The position numbers and the translations under genes are program-made. A stretch of DNA of 40,520 bases, from positions 1 through 40,520 of the forward strand of contig JAUSCR010000116.1 in assembly GCA_030651175.1 (NCBI GenBank). The letters run 5' to 3'. Source of the DNA: Dehalococcoidia bacterium (GTDB taxonomy: Bacteria; Chloroflexota; Dehalococcoidia; Lucifugimonadales; SHYF01). Below, one piece after another: positions 9,127 to 17,321 of this stretch; position 1 is the stretch's first letter; the number at the start of each line of letters is the position of its first letter. The notes below the pieces were generated by a model. That model had not been told where the DNA came from. It did no database searches and was given only the letters and a program-made list of their open reading frames with translations.

Positions 9127-10079
9127 TGGCAACTGCGATCACCCGTGAGGTTTTCGGGCAGACCCTCCTCGAACTGGGCCGCCAGGACCCAAACATCGTG
9201 GTGCTGGGTGGCGACCTGAACGCCTCCACCTTCGCCACTCTCTTCGCCAAGGAGTTCCCCCTGCGCTTCTTCGACCTGGGGCCGGCGGAGCAGAACATCA
9301 TGAGCATGTCTGCGGGCTTCGCCTCCACAGGCAAGACAGTCTTTGCCACTACATTCGCCGTATTTGGCACCAGCCGCCCCTACGACCAGATACGGATCGG
9401 CATCGCCCAAGCCCACGCCAACGTGAAGATAGTGGGCAGCCACGCCGGCATCATCACGGGGGAGGACGGAATCTCGGCCCAGTCCATTGAAGACGTGGCC
9501 CTGATGTGCGCCCTGCCGGGGTTCACGGTCATAGTCCCGGCGGACGGGCCTGAGACGGCGGAGGCTGTGCGCGCCGCCGCACGGGAGCACGGGCCTTTCT
9601 ACATCCGAGTTTCCCGTCCCGCCACGCCCGTAGTCCACGGCAACGGCTACCAGTTCCGCTTGGGAAAAGCGGAGACACTGCGCTCCGGCAACGACGTGTC
9701 CATTATCGCCTGTGGCATCATGGTGGCGACGGCGCTGGAGGCAGCGGATAACCTGGCCAAGGCGGGTGTCCAGTGCCGGGTCATCAACATGGCCACCATA
9801 CAACCTCTGGACGAGGAGGCGGTGGCTAAGGCCGCCGCCGAGACCGGGGCCCTGGTGACAGCGGAGGAGCACTACATCCATGGCGGCCTGGGGAGCCTGG
9901 TGTCCCAGGCAGCCAGTCGCACTGCCGCAGTCCCTATTGAGATGGTTGCCCTAGATCGGTACGCCGAGTCCGGACACGCAGAGCAACTGCTGGCCAAGTA
10001 CGGCCTTACGTCCAAGGACGTGGAACAGGCCGTGCGCCGTGCGCTGGCGAGAAAGACCGCTCGCTCCCCCAGACCCTGA
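9126..10079 (+). CDS. Transketolase C-terminal subunit (pyrimidine-binding and C domains)
   Basis: AEQNIMSMSAGFA, GEDGISAQSIED, TAEEHYIHGGLGS motifs; TGATG coupling to the upstream subunit. Confidence 0.95.
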   Translation: MATAITREVFGQTLLELGRQDPNIVVLGGDLNASTFATLFAKEFPLRFFDLGPAEQNIMSMSAGFASTGKTVFATTFAVFGTSRPYDQIRIGIAQAHANVKIVGSHAGIITGEDGISAQSIEDVALMCALPGFTVIVPADGPETAEAVRAAAREHGPFYIRVSRPATPVVHGNGYQFRLGKAETLRSGNDVSIIACGIMVATALEAADNLAKAGVQCRVINMATIQPLDEEAVAKAAAETGALVTAEEHYIHGGLGSLVSQAASRTAAVPIEMVALDRYAESGHAEQLLAKYGLTSKDVEQAVRRALARKTARSPRP

Positions 10080-10160
10080 CACCCCACCCCAACGCGGTTT
10101 CTCCCACCCACCCCTACCCAAACTCCCTGAGATGGGATTGTCCTTTCGCCCAGTTGGGAG

Positions 10161-10724
10161 CTAGATGAATAGCGTGACGCTGGCCTTCGAGGCGTAGTGG
10201 AGGAAGGCGGCTGCTCCCTGGATATCGGCCGCTGGCAGGAGATCCTCCTGCTTAATATTCATGACCCCCATGGTGGTAGAGCAGGCGATCAGCTTCACAC
10301 CCATCTGGTCAGCCATGGTCAGGAACTCCTGGATAGGGGGGACCTTGGCTTTCTTCATCCAGGACTTCATGAGAGCCGTGGCTACAGTGGTCATGCCAGG
10401 AATAGCCGCCAGAATGACTGGCACGTGGAACGGGATGGCTTGAAAGGGGGCAGGCATGGCCGGATTGCCAAGAGGGGAAACCTTCAGGTTCTTGTACCTC
10501 TTCTTGTGAAGGGTATCCAGTCCGTAGAAGGTGAAGAATATACCCGCCTCCCAGCCCATGGATACCGCAGTGGTGGCGAGGATGAGGGCTGGATAGACCA
10601 TGTCCATGCTGCCCTTGGAAGCCACTATGGCCAGGCGCTTCGTCTCGGTTTCCTTGTGGGCGTCAGCGTGAAGGCGACTGAACTCCGCCAGAGATAGAGT
10701 CAGGTCTGCCAGTGTATCTACCAT
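10161..10724 (-). CDS. DsrE/DsrF/DrsH-like (DsrE2) sulfur-relay protein
   Basis: SKGSMDMVYPALILA...FFTFYGL...KLIACSTTMGV...LFI. Start at ATG 10724 after a GAGGAG RBS; the longer ORF-track start overlaps tusA. Confidence 0.9.
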   Translation of the reverse strand: MVDTLADLTLSLAEFSRLHADAHKETETKRLAIVASKGSMDMVYPALILATTAVSMGWEAGIFFTFYGLDTLHKKRYKNLKVSPLGNPAMPAPFQAIPFHVPVILAAIPGMTTVATALMKSWMKKAKVPPIQEFLTMADQMGVKLIACSTTMGVMNIKQEDLLPAADIQGAAAFLHYASKASVTLFI

Positions 10725-10741
10725 GCTCTCCTCCTCTTCTT

Positions 10742-10993
10742 CTATCTTTTCTGGACCCAGTAGGTGAAGAGGCCGTCCTTTGCCTCGTGTTTCAGCAGGC
10801 GGTGTCCCAGGGACTCCGCCCAGGCCGGGAAATCGGCCTTGGAGCCCGGGTCGGTGGCCAGGATCTTCAGCACCTGCCCCGAGGCAAGCGCCTTGATGGC
10901 GCCGTAGGCCTGGATGACAGGCATGGGACATAGCTTGCCTCGGGCGTCCACGACGCTGTCTTCTTTTATTGGCTCTCTAATCTGTTGAGTCAT
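10742..10993 (-). CDS. tusA: TusA/SirA sulfurtransferase
   Basis: DARGKLCPMPV...ATDPGSKADFPAW motif; AAGGAG RBS. Confidence 0.92.
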   Translation of the reverse strand: MTQQIREPIKEDSVVDARGKLCPMPVIQAYGAIKALASGQVLKILATDPGSKADFPAWAESLGHRLLKHEAKDGLFTYWVQKR

Positions 10994-11235
10994 CTTTTGC
11001 TCCTTGCCGTGGGAATTCCGCTAAAACAAAACCCTCTCGTAGAATGTGTCTCCGAGAGGGGTCTAGAAGCAGGTAAAGGTTGGGTCTACGGGAACCCCTC
11101 CCTGGGACATGTACAAGCGCAACAGCAGAGCGTGGCAGAGCCAACCATCTTTGTTTCCCTACACCTTGGTAAAACGATGATAAGTGACAAATGTGATGGT
11201 AGATGTATTGCGCCGGGTTGTCAATGCCACCAGCA

Positions 11236-12258
11236 TCACCACCACACCTTCCCCTCCGCCTCCAGCTCCAGCTCGGCGTAGCTTTTGCTCCACAGGCCGG
11301 TGCTCAGGTATTTCCAGCCGCCATCGGCCAGAAGGCAGACGATGTTGCCACGCTCCATCCGCTGGGCCACTCGAAGGGCACAGGCTACCACAGCGCCTGA
11401 GGAGACTCCGGCAAAGATGCCTTCCTTGTGCAGTAGCTCCTTTGTCATCTTGAAGGCCTCTTCGCTGGAGATCAGGATGCGGGCGTCCAGCAAGGACAGG
11501 TCCAGAATAGGAGGAACGAACCCCTCCTCCAGACTGCGTAGACCCGATATGGAGTCGTCGGGCTGGGGAACTGCGGCCACCACCCTTATCTTTGGGTTAT
11601 GCTCCTTCAGCCTGCGTCCGGTGCCCATCAGGGTGCCCCCCGTGCCCAGGCCCGCCACAAAAACGTCAACATCGGGAAGAGCCTCAATGATCTCTTTCCC
11701 CGTTCCATCGTAGTGAGCCCTAGGATTGGCCGGATTGCCGTACTGGTAGGGCATAAAGTAGGGGCCTTCCCTGGCCATCATCTGCTTCGCTACCACAATG
11801 GCGCCGTTGGTGCCTCGCCTCCAGTCGGAGAAGTGTATCTGGACGTCAAATGCCTGTAGAAGCTCGGTGCGCTCCTGGCTTACGTTCTTGGGCATCACCA
11901 CCTCCACCCGGTATCCCTTGAGCCGGCCAATCATAGCCAGGGAGATGCCTGTATTGCCGCTGGTAGGCTCCAGGATCACCTTGTCGGGCGTGAGTGTCCC
12001 GTCCGCCTCCGCCTGTTCGATCATGGTGAGTGCGATGCGATCTTTGACGCTCCCCGTGGGGTTGCTTCCCTCCAGCTTAGCGTACAGCCGGATCCCTGGC
12101 TTGGGCGAAAGGTGAGGCAGCTCCACCAGAGGAGTGTTCCCGATCAGGCTCAGAACGCCGGGCCTCGTCCCTTTTTCCCCATTCATCTTTGTGGAGTCCC
12201 CTGTCTCAGCGCGCCGCCCCGACAGCTTGCCCTGCTGCGTTGTTCCCTGGATACGCAT
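11236..12258 (-). CDS. cysM: PLP-dependent cysteine synthase, CysM type (sulfur-carrier dependent, similar to actinobacterial CysM)
   Basis: NPTGSVKDR, EPTSGNTG, GLGTGGT, DGGWKYLSTG motifs; coupled to moeB. Alternative start at 12186. Confidence 0.88.
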   Translation of the reverse strand: MRIQGTTQQGKLSGRRAETGDSTKMNGEKGTRPGVLSLIGNTPLVELPHLSPKPGIRLYAKLEGSNPTGSVKDRIALTMIEQAEADGTLTPDKVILEPTSGNTGISLAMIGRLKGYRVEVVMPKNVSQERTELLQAFDVQIHFSDWRRGTNGAIVVAKQMMAREGPYFMPYQYGNPANPRAHYDGTGKEIIEALPDVDVFVAGLGTGGTLMGTGRRLKEHNPKIRVVAAVPQPDDSISGLRSLEEGFVPPILDLSLLDARILISSEEAFKMTKELLHKEGIFAGVSSGAVVACALRVAQRMERGNIVCLLADGGWKYLSTGLWSKSYAELELEAEGKVWW

Positions 12259-12260
12259 CT

Positions 12261-13097
12261 CTAGTCACCAGCCGCCACGCTGACAGCGTGAGGCAGGCCG
12301 CAGAACTCCTCGTAGTCAATAAGCTGGGTTACAGTAGGATTCTCGCCGCACACAGGGCAGTTGGGATTGCGCCGCACCTTCACCTGCCGGAACTCCATGT
12401 TCAACGCATCGAACAGAAGGAGCCGGCCTGTGAGGGTCTCCCCAAGGCCCAAAATCAGCTTGATTGTCTCCACCGCCTGGATAGAGCCAACTATGCCAGG
12501 CAGCACGCCCAAGACCCCGGCCTCGGAGCAGTTGGGGACCATGCCCGGCGGAGGCGGCGTAGGATACAGGCACCGGTAGCAGCCTTGCCCCGGGACAAAG
12601 GTTGCAGCCTGGCCCTCGAAAAGGAAGATGCTGCCGTGGACGCAGGGCTTGTCCAGCATCACACAGGCGTCGTTCACCAAATAGCGGGTGGGGAAGTTGT
12701 CGCTGCCGTCCACCACTATGTCATAGGGGCGCAGCAACTCCAGGGCGTTCTCGGAGCTGAGCTGGACTTGGTGCTGGACAACCCGCACGTCCGGGTTGAT
12801 TTCTCCAATGGTCTCCGCGGCGGACACCACTTTGAGCCGGCCAATGTCGTGCGTGTGGTGCAATATCTGACGTTGCAGATTTGTGATGTCCACCACGTCG
12901 AAATCCACAATGCCCAGGGTGCCCACGCCCGCGGCTGCCAGGTAAAGGGCTACAGGCGAACCCAGTCCGCCCGCACCTATAAGCAGCACCTTGGCTTCCA
13001 GGAGCTTCCTCTGCCCCTTCCCACCAATCTGAGGCATGATGATATGACGACTATACCGCTTCGCCTGTTCCGGCGTGAAAATCGTTACCTGTGCCAC
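12261..13097 (-). CDS. moeB: MoeB/ThiF-family sulfur-carrier adenylyltransferase (no rhodanese domain)
   Basis: RYSRH, GAGGLGSP, TNLQRQ, DNFPTRY, CYRC and CPVC Zn motifs, catalytic-loop PNCSEAGVLG. GTG start at 13097 with RBS. Confidence 0.93.
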   Translation of the reverse strand: MAQVTIFTPEQAKRYSRHIIMPQIGGKGQRKLLEAKVLLIGAGGLGSPVALYLAAAGVGTLGIVDFDVVDITNLQRQILHHTHDIGRLKVVSAAETIGEINPDVRVVQHQVQLSSENALELLRPYDIVVDGSDNFPTRYLVNDACVMLDKPCVHGSIFLFEGQAATFVPGQGCYRCLYPTPPPPGMVPNCSEAGVLGVLPGIVGSIQAVETIKLILGLGETLTGRLLLFDALNMEFRQVKVRRNPNCPVCGENPTVTQLIDYEEFCGLPHAVSVAAGD

Positions 13098-13138
13098 TGA
13101 CGTCAACCCCCTTCTACTTTCTCTCTGTACTTGAGATG

Positions 13139-13156
13139 CCGTAGCGCCCGCTACGG
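13139..13156. repeat. Short palindrome CCGTAGCG-cc-CGCTACGG in the moeB leader
   Basis: Perfect 8-bp inverted repeat seen directly. Confidence 0.6.
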
Positions 13157-13191
13157 TGCACCCCGTCCCTGACCTCTCACACATAGGACAC

Positions 13192-13249
13192 AAAAAACCC
13201 CGAACTCACCCGCTCAGTCGCTACCGACCAAGCAACGGTTCTCGGGGTT
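13192..13249 (-). terminator. Long hairpin with U-tract (intrinsic terminator/attenuator) between rrf2 and moeB
   Basis: On the minus strand AACCCCGA...GGTCG-GTAG-CGACT...TCGGGGTT runs into a T-tract. Confidence 0.7.
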
Positions 13250-13276
13250 CCAAGGCGGTCTGGTAAGGAGGTGGCC

Positions 13277-13714
13277 TTAGATGTAGTACATCCCGCGGCT
13301 CGCCAGGTGCTGCTGGCGCACTGCCAGGTCAGCTATGGTAGTCCCGCTCAGGACGTTGTGAACCGTTGCTTCTACGGTCTGCCAAACCTCGCGTTGAGCA
13401 CATGCGCCAGAAAGCGTACACTCCTCCGGGTCCTCAATGCAAACCAAGGGCGCTCCCATACCTTCCAACTTCTCAATTACCGTCCCCAAGCTTATCTCGC
13501 TGGGAACCATTGCCAGGACGTGTCCTCCCTGAGGGCCACGCCGGCTCCGGATAAACCCCAACTTCTGAAGGGTGGACAGCACCTGGTCCAGGTAAGGCTC
13601 GGGGATAGACTGGCGACCTGCTATCGCAGAACTGGACACGGGGCCATCTCCGGTGTGCTGCGCCAGGTCCACCAAAGCCCTCACCCCATAGTCTACCCTC
13701 ATTGGCACCCGCAT
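13277..13714 (-). CDS. Rrf2-family regulator (CymR/IscR-like)
   Basis: DYGVRALVDLA, YLDQVL, SRRGPQGGH, three Cys (C-x6-C-x5-C), C-terminal MYYI. Confidence 0.93.
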   Translation of the reverse strand: MRVPMRVDYGVRALVDLAQHTGDGPVSSSAIAGRQSIPEPYLDQVLSTLQKLGFIRSRRGPQGGHVLAMVPSEISLGTVIEKLEGMGAPLVCIEDPEECTLSGACAQREVWQTVEATVHNVLSGTTIADLAVRQQHLASRGMYYI

Positions 13715-13904
13715 CTTGCCACCCTTCTACCTACACTCAAACAGCATGGTGAATTATACTATCGGTATTGAAGCAAATCAAGTTTCGTAGTATAGTCACT
13801 CGTTGTGGCGCCTTGCGGCCAGTCCCAGGCCACCTCCCTTGGTGGCGCGACGGACAGAGTTGGGCGCTGCCTGCAAAACTTTTGTTAAGGTGGACGACGC
13901 GACT

Positions 13905-14555
13905 ATGGACAGTTTAACCCTACAAGCCGAACCCCGGGCCGTGACCGGCAAGCAGGTCACCGCCCTGCGCCGCCAGGGCATTACGCCTATCCACCTGTAT
14001 GGAAAGGGCGTACCATCCACGGCTCTGCAAGCCAGTTCCTCTGTCTTACAGAGAGTGGTGGCACGAGGGGGAAGAAACGTGCCAGTTTCCCTAGCTATCG
14101 CCGGCAGCACGGAAACCCACCTTGCTTTCATCAGGGAAATCCAGCGCCACCCGCTCACGGAGGCCATCCTGCACGTTGACTTCTACCAGGTGTCCCTGGC
14201 CGAGCTCATGCGGGCACAGGTGCCTGTGTACCTCATCGGGGAGGCTCCGGCCACACGCACGCTGAGCGGAACCCTGTTCCCAGCCCTCCGCTTCATTGAG
14301 GTGGAGTGTCTGCCGCTGGACCTACCCCAGTACGTTGAGGTAGACGTGTCGGGGCTGATAGACTTTGAGCAGGCCATATACGTCTCCAGCATCAAACTGG
14401 GTGATGCAGTGACCGTTCTTACCGACCCCAGTGAGCTTATCGCCCGCGTCAACCCGCCCAGGGTTGTGGTGGAGGAGGTTGCGGCTGCGCCGGCGGAGGA
14501 AGGCGCAGAGGTGGCGACCGAGACAGCAGAAGGGGAACCGGAGAAAGAGGCGTAG
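13905..14555 (+). CDS. rplY: 50S ribosomal protein L25/Ctc
   Basis: GKQVTALRRQGITPIHLYGKG, IQRHPL...HVDFY, EVECLPLDLP motifs and acidic tail; start at ATG 13905. Confidence 0.95.
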   Translation: MDSLTLQAEPRAVTGKQVTALRRQGITPIHLYGKGVPSTALQASSSVLQRVVARGGRNVPVSLAIAGSTETHLAFIREIQRHPLTEAILHVDFYQVSLAELMRAQVPVYLIGEAPATRTLSGTLFPALRFIEVECLPLDLPQYVEVDVSGLIDFEQAIYVSSIKLGDAVTVLTDPSELIARVNPPRVVVEEVAAAPAEEGAEVATETAEGEPEKEA

Positions 14556-14586
14556 AGACTATTCCAGGACCCTCATCTCCTCGTTA

Positions 14587-14622
14587 ATAACAAACACCCG
14601 ACTTAAGTCGGGTGTTTGTTAT
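14587..14622. repeat. Perfect 36-bp palindrome ATAACAAACACCCGACTTAAGTCGGGTGTTTGTTAT between convergent rplY and fmt
   Basis: Identical to its reverse complement. The core CCCGAC-TTAA-GTCGGG recurs at 35315. Could act as a bidirectional terminator. Confidence 0.85.
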
Positions 14623-14666
14623 CTCTTGGACCCGCCTAGGGCCGTAGGCGGGCGGCATTCGCTGCT

Positions 14667-15608
14667 TCACGATGGTAGCTTTACCCCCACAAACCGCGGG
14701 TATCCCCTAAGAAACTCCTCCGCAGCCTGCGCCTTCCGGCCTTCCAGTTGAACCTCCGCCAAGCCCAGGAGGCCCTGGCCTGCGGCCACAGCCAGGGCGA
14801 AGGCGCTGCCCCTGGGCAGGGCCACAACCTGACCAGGGGGAGCTGTGGACACTTCGCCGGCGGCAGCGCCGTCCAGGACCTTCAAGAGCTTCCCTTCCCA
14901 GCGTGTGTAGCAGCCAGGCCAGGGTTGAAGGGCGCGCAGTCGCCTCTCCAGGACGGCGGCGGGCAGCGACCAGTCCATGTCACCGTCTTCCTTGGTGTAA
15001 AGCCTGGTAATGGTGGCCATCGCCTCCTCTTGAGGGACGGGTTTCAGTTCGCCGGCCGTCCACTTGGGCAGCACCTCCAATAGGAGCTCGGCTCCCAACC
15101 GGAATAGCCGGTGGGTAAGCTCCCCAGCGGTCTCGTGGGGCAGGATGGCTGTCTGCCGTTGAGCCAGAATGTTGCCCGTGTCCATGCCTTCGTCCAAGAG
15201 CATCACGGTGACGCCGGTAACGGACTCTCCATCCAGAAGAGCTGTTATCACCGGGGAAGGGCCGCGATACTTGGGTAGCAGCGAAGGGTGAATGTTCAAC
15301 ACGCCCCGGGGAGGGACGGCCAGCGCCTCCGGCGGCAGGATTCTGCCGTAGGCCGCCACCACGATGACCTCCGGTTGCAGCGACGCCAGTTCCCGCACCG
15401 CCTCCTCGCGCCTTAAGGAACGGGGCTGGAACACCGGCAGCCCCCGACTCAAGGCATAGGTCTTCACTGGGGGCGGCGCAGGCTGGCGACCACGCCCAGC
15501 AGGCTGGTCCGGCCTGGTGTATACCCCCACCAGTTGGTAGTCGCCGGTAAGCAGGCCCTCTATCACCGGAAGGGCGAATTCGGGAGTACCCATGAAGACA
15601 GTTCTCAT
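14667..15608 (-). CDS. fmt: Methionyl-tRNA formyltransferase
   Basis: FMGTPEFA, VAAYGRIL, NIHPSLLPKYRGPSP, GMDTG motifs. Confidence 0.97.
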   Translation of the reverse strand: MRTVFMGTPEFALPVIEGLLTGDYQLVGVYTRPDQPAGRGRQPAPPPVKTYALSRGLPVFQPRSLRREEAVRELASLQPEVIVVAAYGRILPPEALAVPPRGVLNIHPSLLPKYRGPSPVITALLDGESVTGVTVMLLDEGMDTGNILAQRQTAILPHETAGELTHRLFRLGAELLLEVLPKWTAGELKPVPQEEAMATITRLYTKEDGDMDWSLPAAVLERRLRALQPWPGCYTRWEGKLLKVLDGAAAGEVSTAPPGQVVALPRGSAFALAVAAGQGLLGLAEVQLEGRKAQAAEEFLRGYPRFVGVKLPS

Positions 15609-15801
15609 AGCTCACCTGGTGCCTATTCTATGGGAAAAGTGCGTTTGCAAACAACGGTTCGACTCGGCCAAAAACAGTCGGAAAACCCGTCAACTCCCCC
15701 CTTGCACCCCCCCAATGCCCTGGGTGGTATCGTGTCCCTGTTTTGAGTCTTACCCCTTTCGCAACACGCCGCGGGCAGGCGGCTCCAAAAGAAGAGGATG
15801 C

Positions 15802-17187
15802 ATGGCTTTAGGCCCCCAGCAAATTTGGGAGACGAGTCTCGGACAATTCCAGCTCCAAGTTCCTCGATCCAGCTACGACACCTGGTTTAGAGGGACTCAA
15901 GGAATCACCCTAGGGGAGGATTCGCTGACCGTCGCCGTGGCTACTTCATTTGCCGCGGAATGGTTGGAGCGGCGCATGTCCCCTCTCATTCACAAGACAG
16001 TTGCCGAGGTGGCGGCTCGGCCTCTTCGTGTCAGCTTCCAGGTCGTATCGGGCCAGGAGAGGCCGATCCCGGCCAATGGCGCTAAATCAGACCTGGCGAG
16101 GCCACCTTTGCTTTCCGAGGACGAGGCCCCCATCATACCGCTGTACGGCGAGGTGTTGGGGAACCATGTACTCAACCGCCGCTACACCTTCGCTAACTTC
16201 GTCGTTGGAAAAGACAACCAGCTAGCCCACGCCGCAGCTGCCGCTGTGGCCGACCATCCCGGCCAGCAATACAACCCTCTCTTTATCTACTCCGGCGTGG
16301 GCTTGGGCAAAACCCACCTCCTGCACGCTATTGCCTCTCATGTGACGCAAAGGAACTTGACACCAGTCTACGTTACGGCAGAGCAGTTCACAAACGAGTT
16401 CATCCTGGCAATCCGGGAACGGAAGACCGAAAGCTTCCGAGCCAAGTACCGCAGCGCCGACGTGCTCCTCATGGACGACATTCAGTTCCTGGCGGGCAAG
16501 GAGCAGACCCAGGAGGGGTTCTTCCATACCTTCAACGAGCTGCACAACGCCAACCGGCAGATAGTTATCACCTGCGACCGGCCTCCCAACTCCGTTGCGC
16601 TCCTGGCGGACCGGCTGCGCTCCCGCTTCGAAGGCGGGCTCATAGCCGATATTCAGCCACCCCAGCTAGAAACAAGGCTTGCCATTCTGCACTCCAAGGC
16701 CAACTCTTTGGGGGTTGATCTCAGTAGTGATGTGGCCATGAACATTGCCCGGCGTGCCGCGCACGGCATCCGGGAGCTAGAGGGCTATCTTAACCGTGTT
16801 GTGGCCATGGCGCAGTTCCTGGGCAGAGCCGTCTCTCCCGAGGTTGTAGACATCGCGCTTGCCTCCGTCGGCCAGGAGCCGAACACCAAAGCCGTTACCG
16901 CTACCGATGTGATCCAGCATGTTGCGACGTACTACAAAATCTCCCCAGATCGCCTTTGCTCCCGCCCTCAGGACAGGAAGACAACGCAACCGCAAAGGGT
17001 CACCATGTATATCCTTAGCAACGTGCTCCACCACACGCCACGGGAGATTGGAGTTCTATTGGGCAAATGGCATGAGAGGACAGTACGGAACACAGTAAAA
17101 CAAACGGGTGTTGCAGTTGCTCAAGGCAACCCTGTCGCCACAGAGGTTCGACAAATCCTGGCGGGCCTCTCAGTCCCGCTTGGCTAG
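15802..17187 (+). CDS. dnaA: Chromosomal replication initiator DnaA (divergent domain IV)
   Basis: YTFANFVVG, YNPLFIYSGVGLGKTHLL, DDIQFL, QEGFFHTFN, RLRSRF, IRELEG motifs. ATG 15802 follows AGAGG. Confidence 0.95.
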   Translation: MALGPQQIWETSLGQFQLQVPRSSYDTWFRGTQGITLGEDSLTVAVATSFAAEWLERRMSPLIHKTVAEVAARPLRVSFQVVSGQERPIPANGAKSDLARPPLLSEDEAPIIPLYGEVLGNHVLNRRYTFANFVVGKDNQLAHAAAAAVADHPGQQYNPLFIYSGVGLGKTHLLHAIASHVTQRNLTPVYVTAEQFTNEFILAIRERKTESFRAKYRSADVLLMDDIQFLAGKEQTQEGFFHTFNELHNANRQIVITCDRPPNSVALLADRLRSRFEGGLIADIQPPQLETRLAILHSKANSLGVDLSSDVAMNIARRAAHGIRELEGYLNRVVAMAQFLGRAVSPEVVDIALASVGQEPNTKAVTATDVIQHVATYYKISPDRLCSRPQDRKTTQPQRVTMYILSNVLHHTPREIGVLLGKWHERTVRNTVKQTGVAVAQGNPVATEVRQILAGLSVPLG

Positions 17188-17321
17188 CCAGCATCCTGCC
17201 TGGGACATTCCAGCACAATTCCCATCTGTTCCTCCTGCAACAACTCAGGCACAAGGCTGATTCTCTCATTTCCACCAACACCCCTATTACCTCTATTGTT
17301 AAACTAAAGTAATCTATATAT
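17188..17321. promoter_or_regulatory. Candidate oriC (dnaA-obgE intergenic region)
   Basis: TTTCCACCAACA-CCCC-TAT TAC CTC TAT TGT followed by AT-rich TAAACTAAAGTAATCTATATAT resembles the DnaA-box/GC-clamp/DnaA-trio unwinding layout. No perfect TTATCCACA box is present. Confidence 0.6.

Noticed and set aside
10725-10931. Long N-terminal extension of the DsrE ORF overlapping tusA (possible fusion or frameshift)
   Set aside because: Both genes have their own RBS and start; no slippery site was seen.
13235-13260. TGGAACC before a terminator as a possible T-box
   Set aside because: Lacks the full GGTGGNACC context, and there is no room for Stem I outside the rrf2 coding region.
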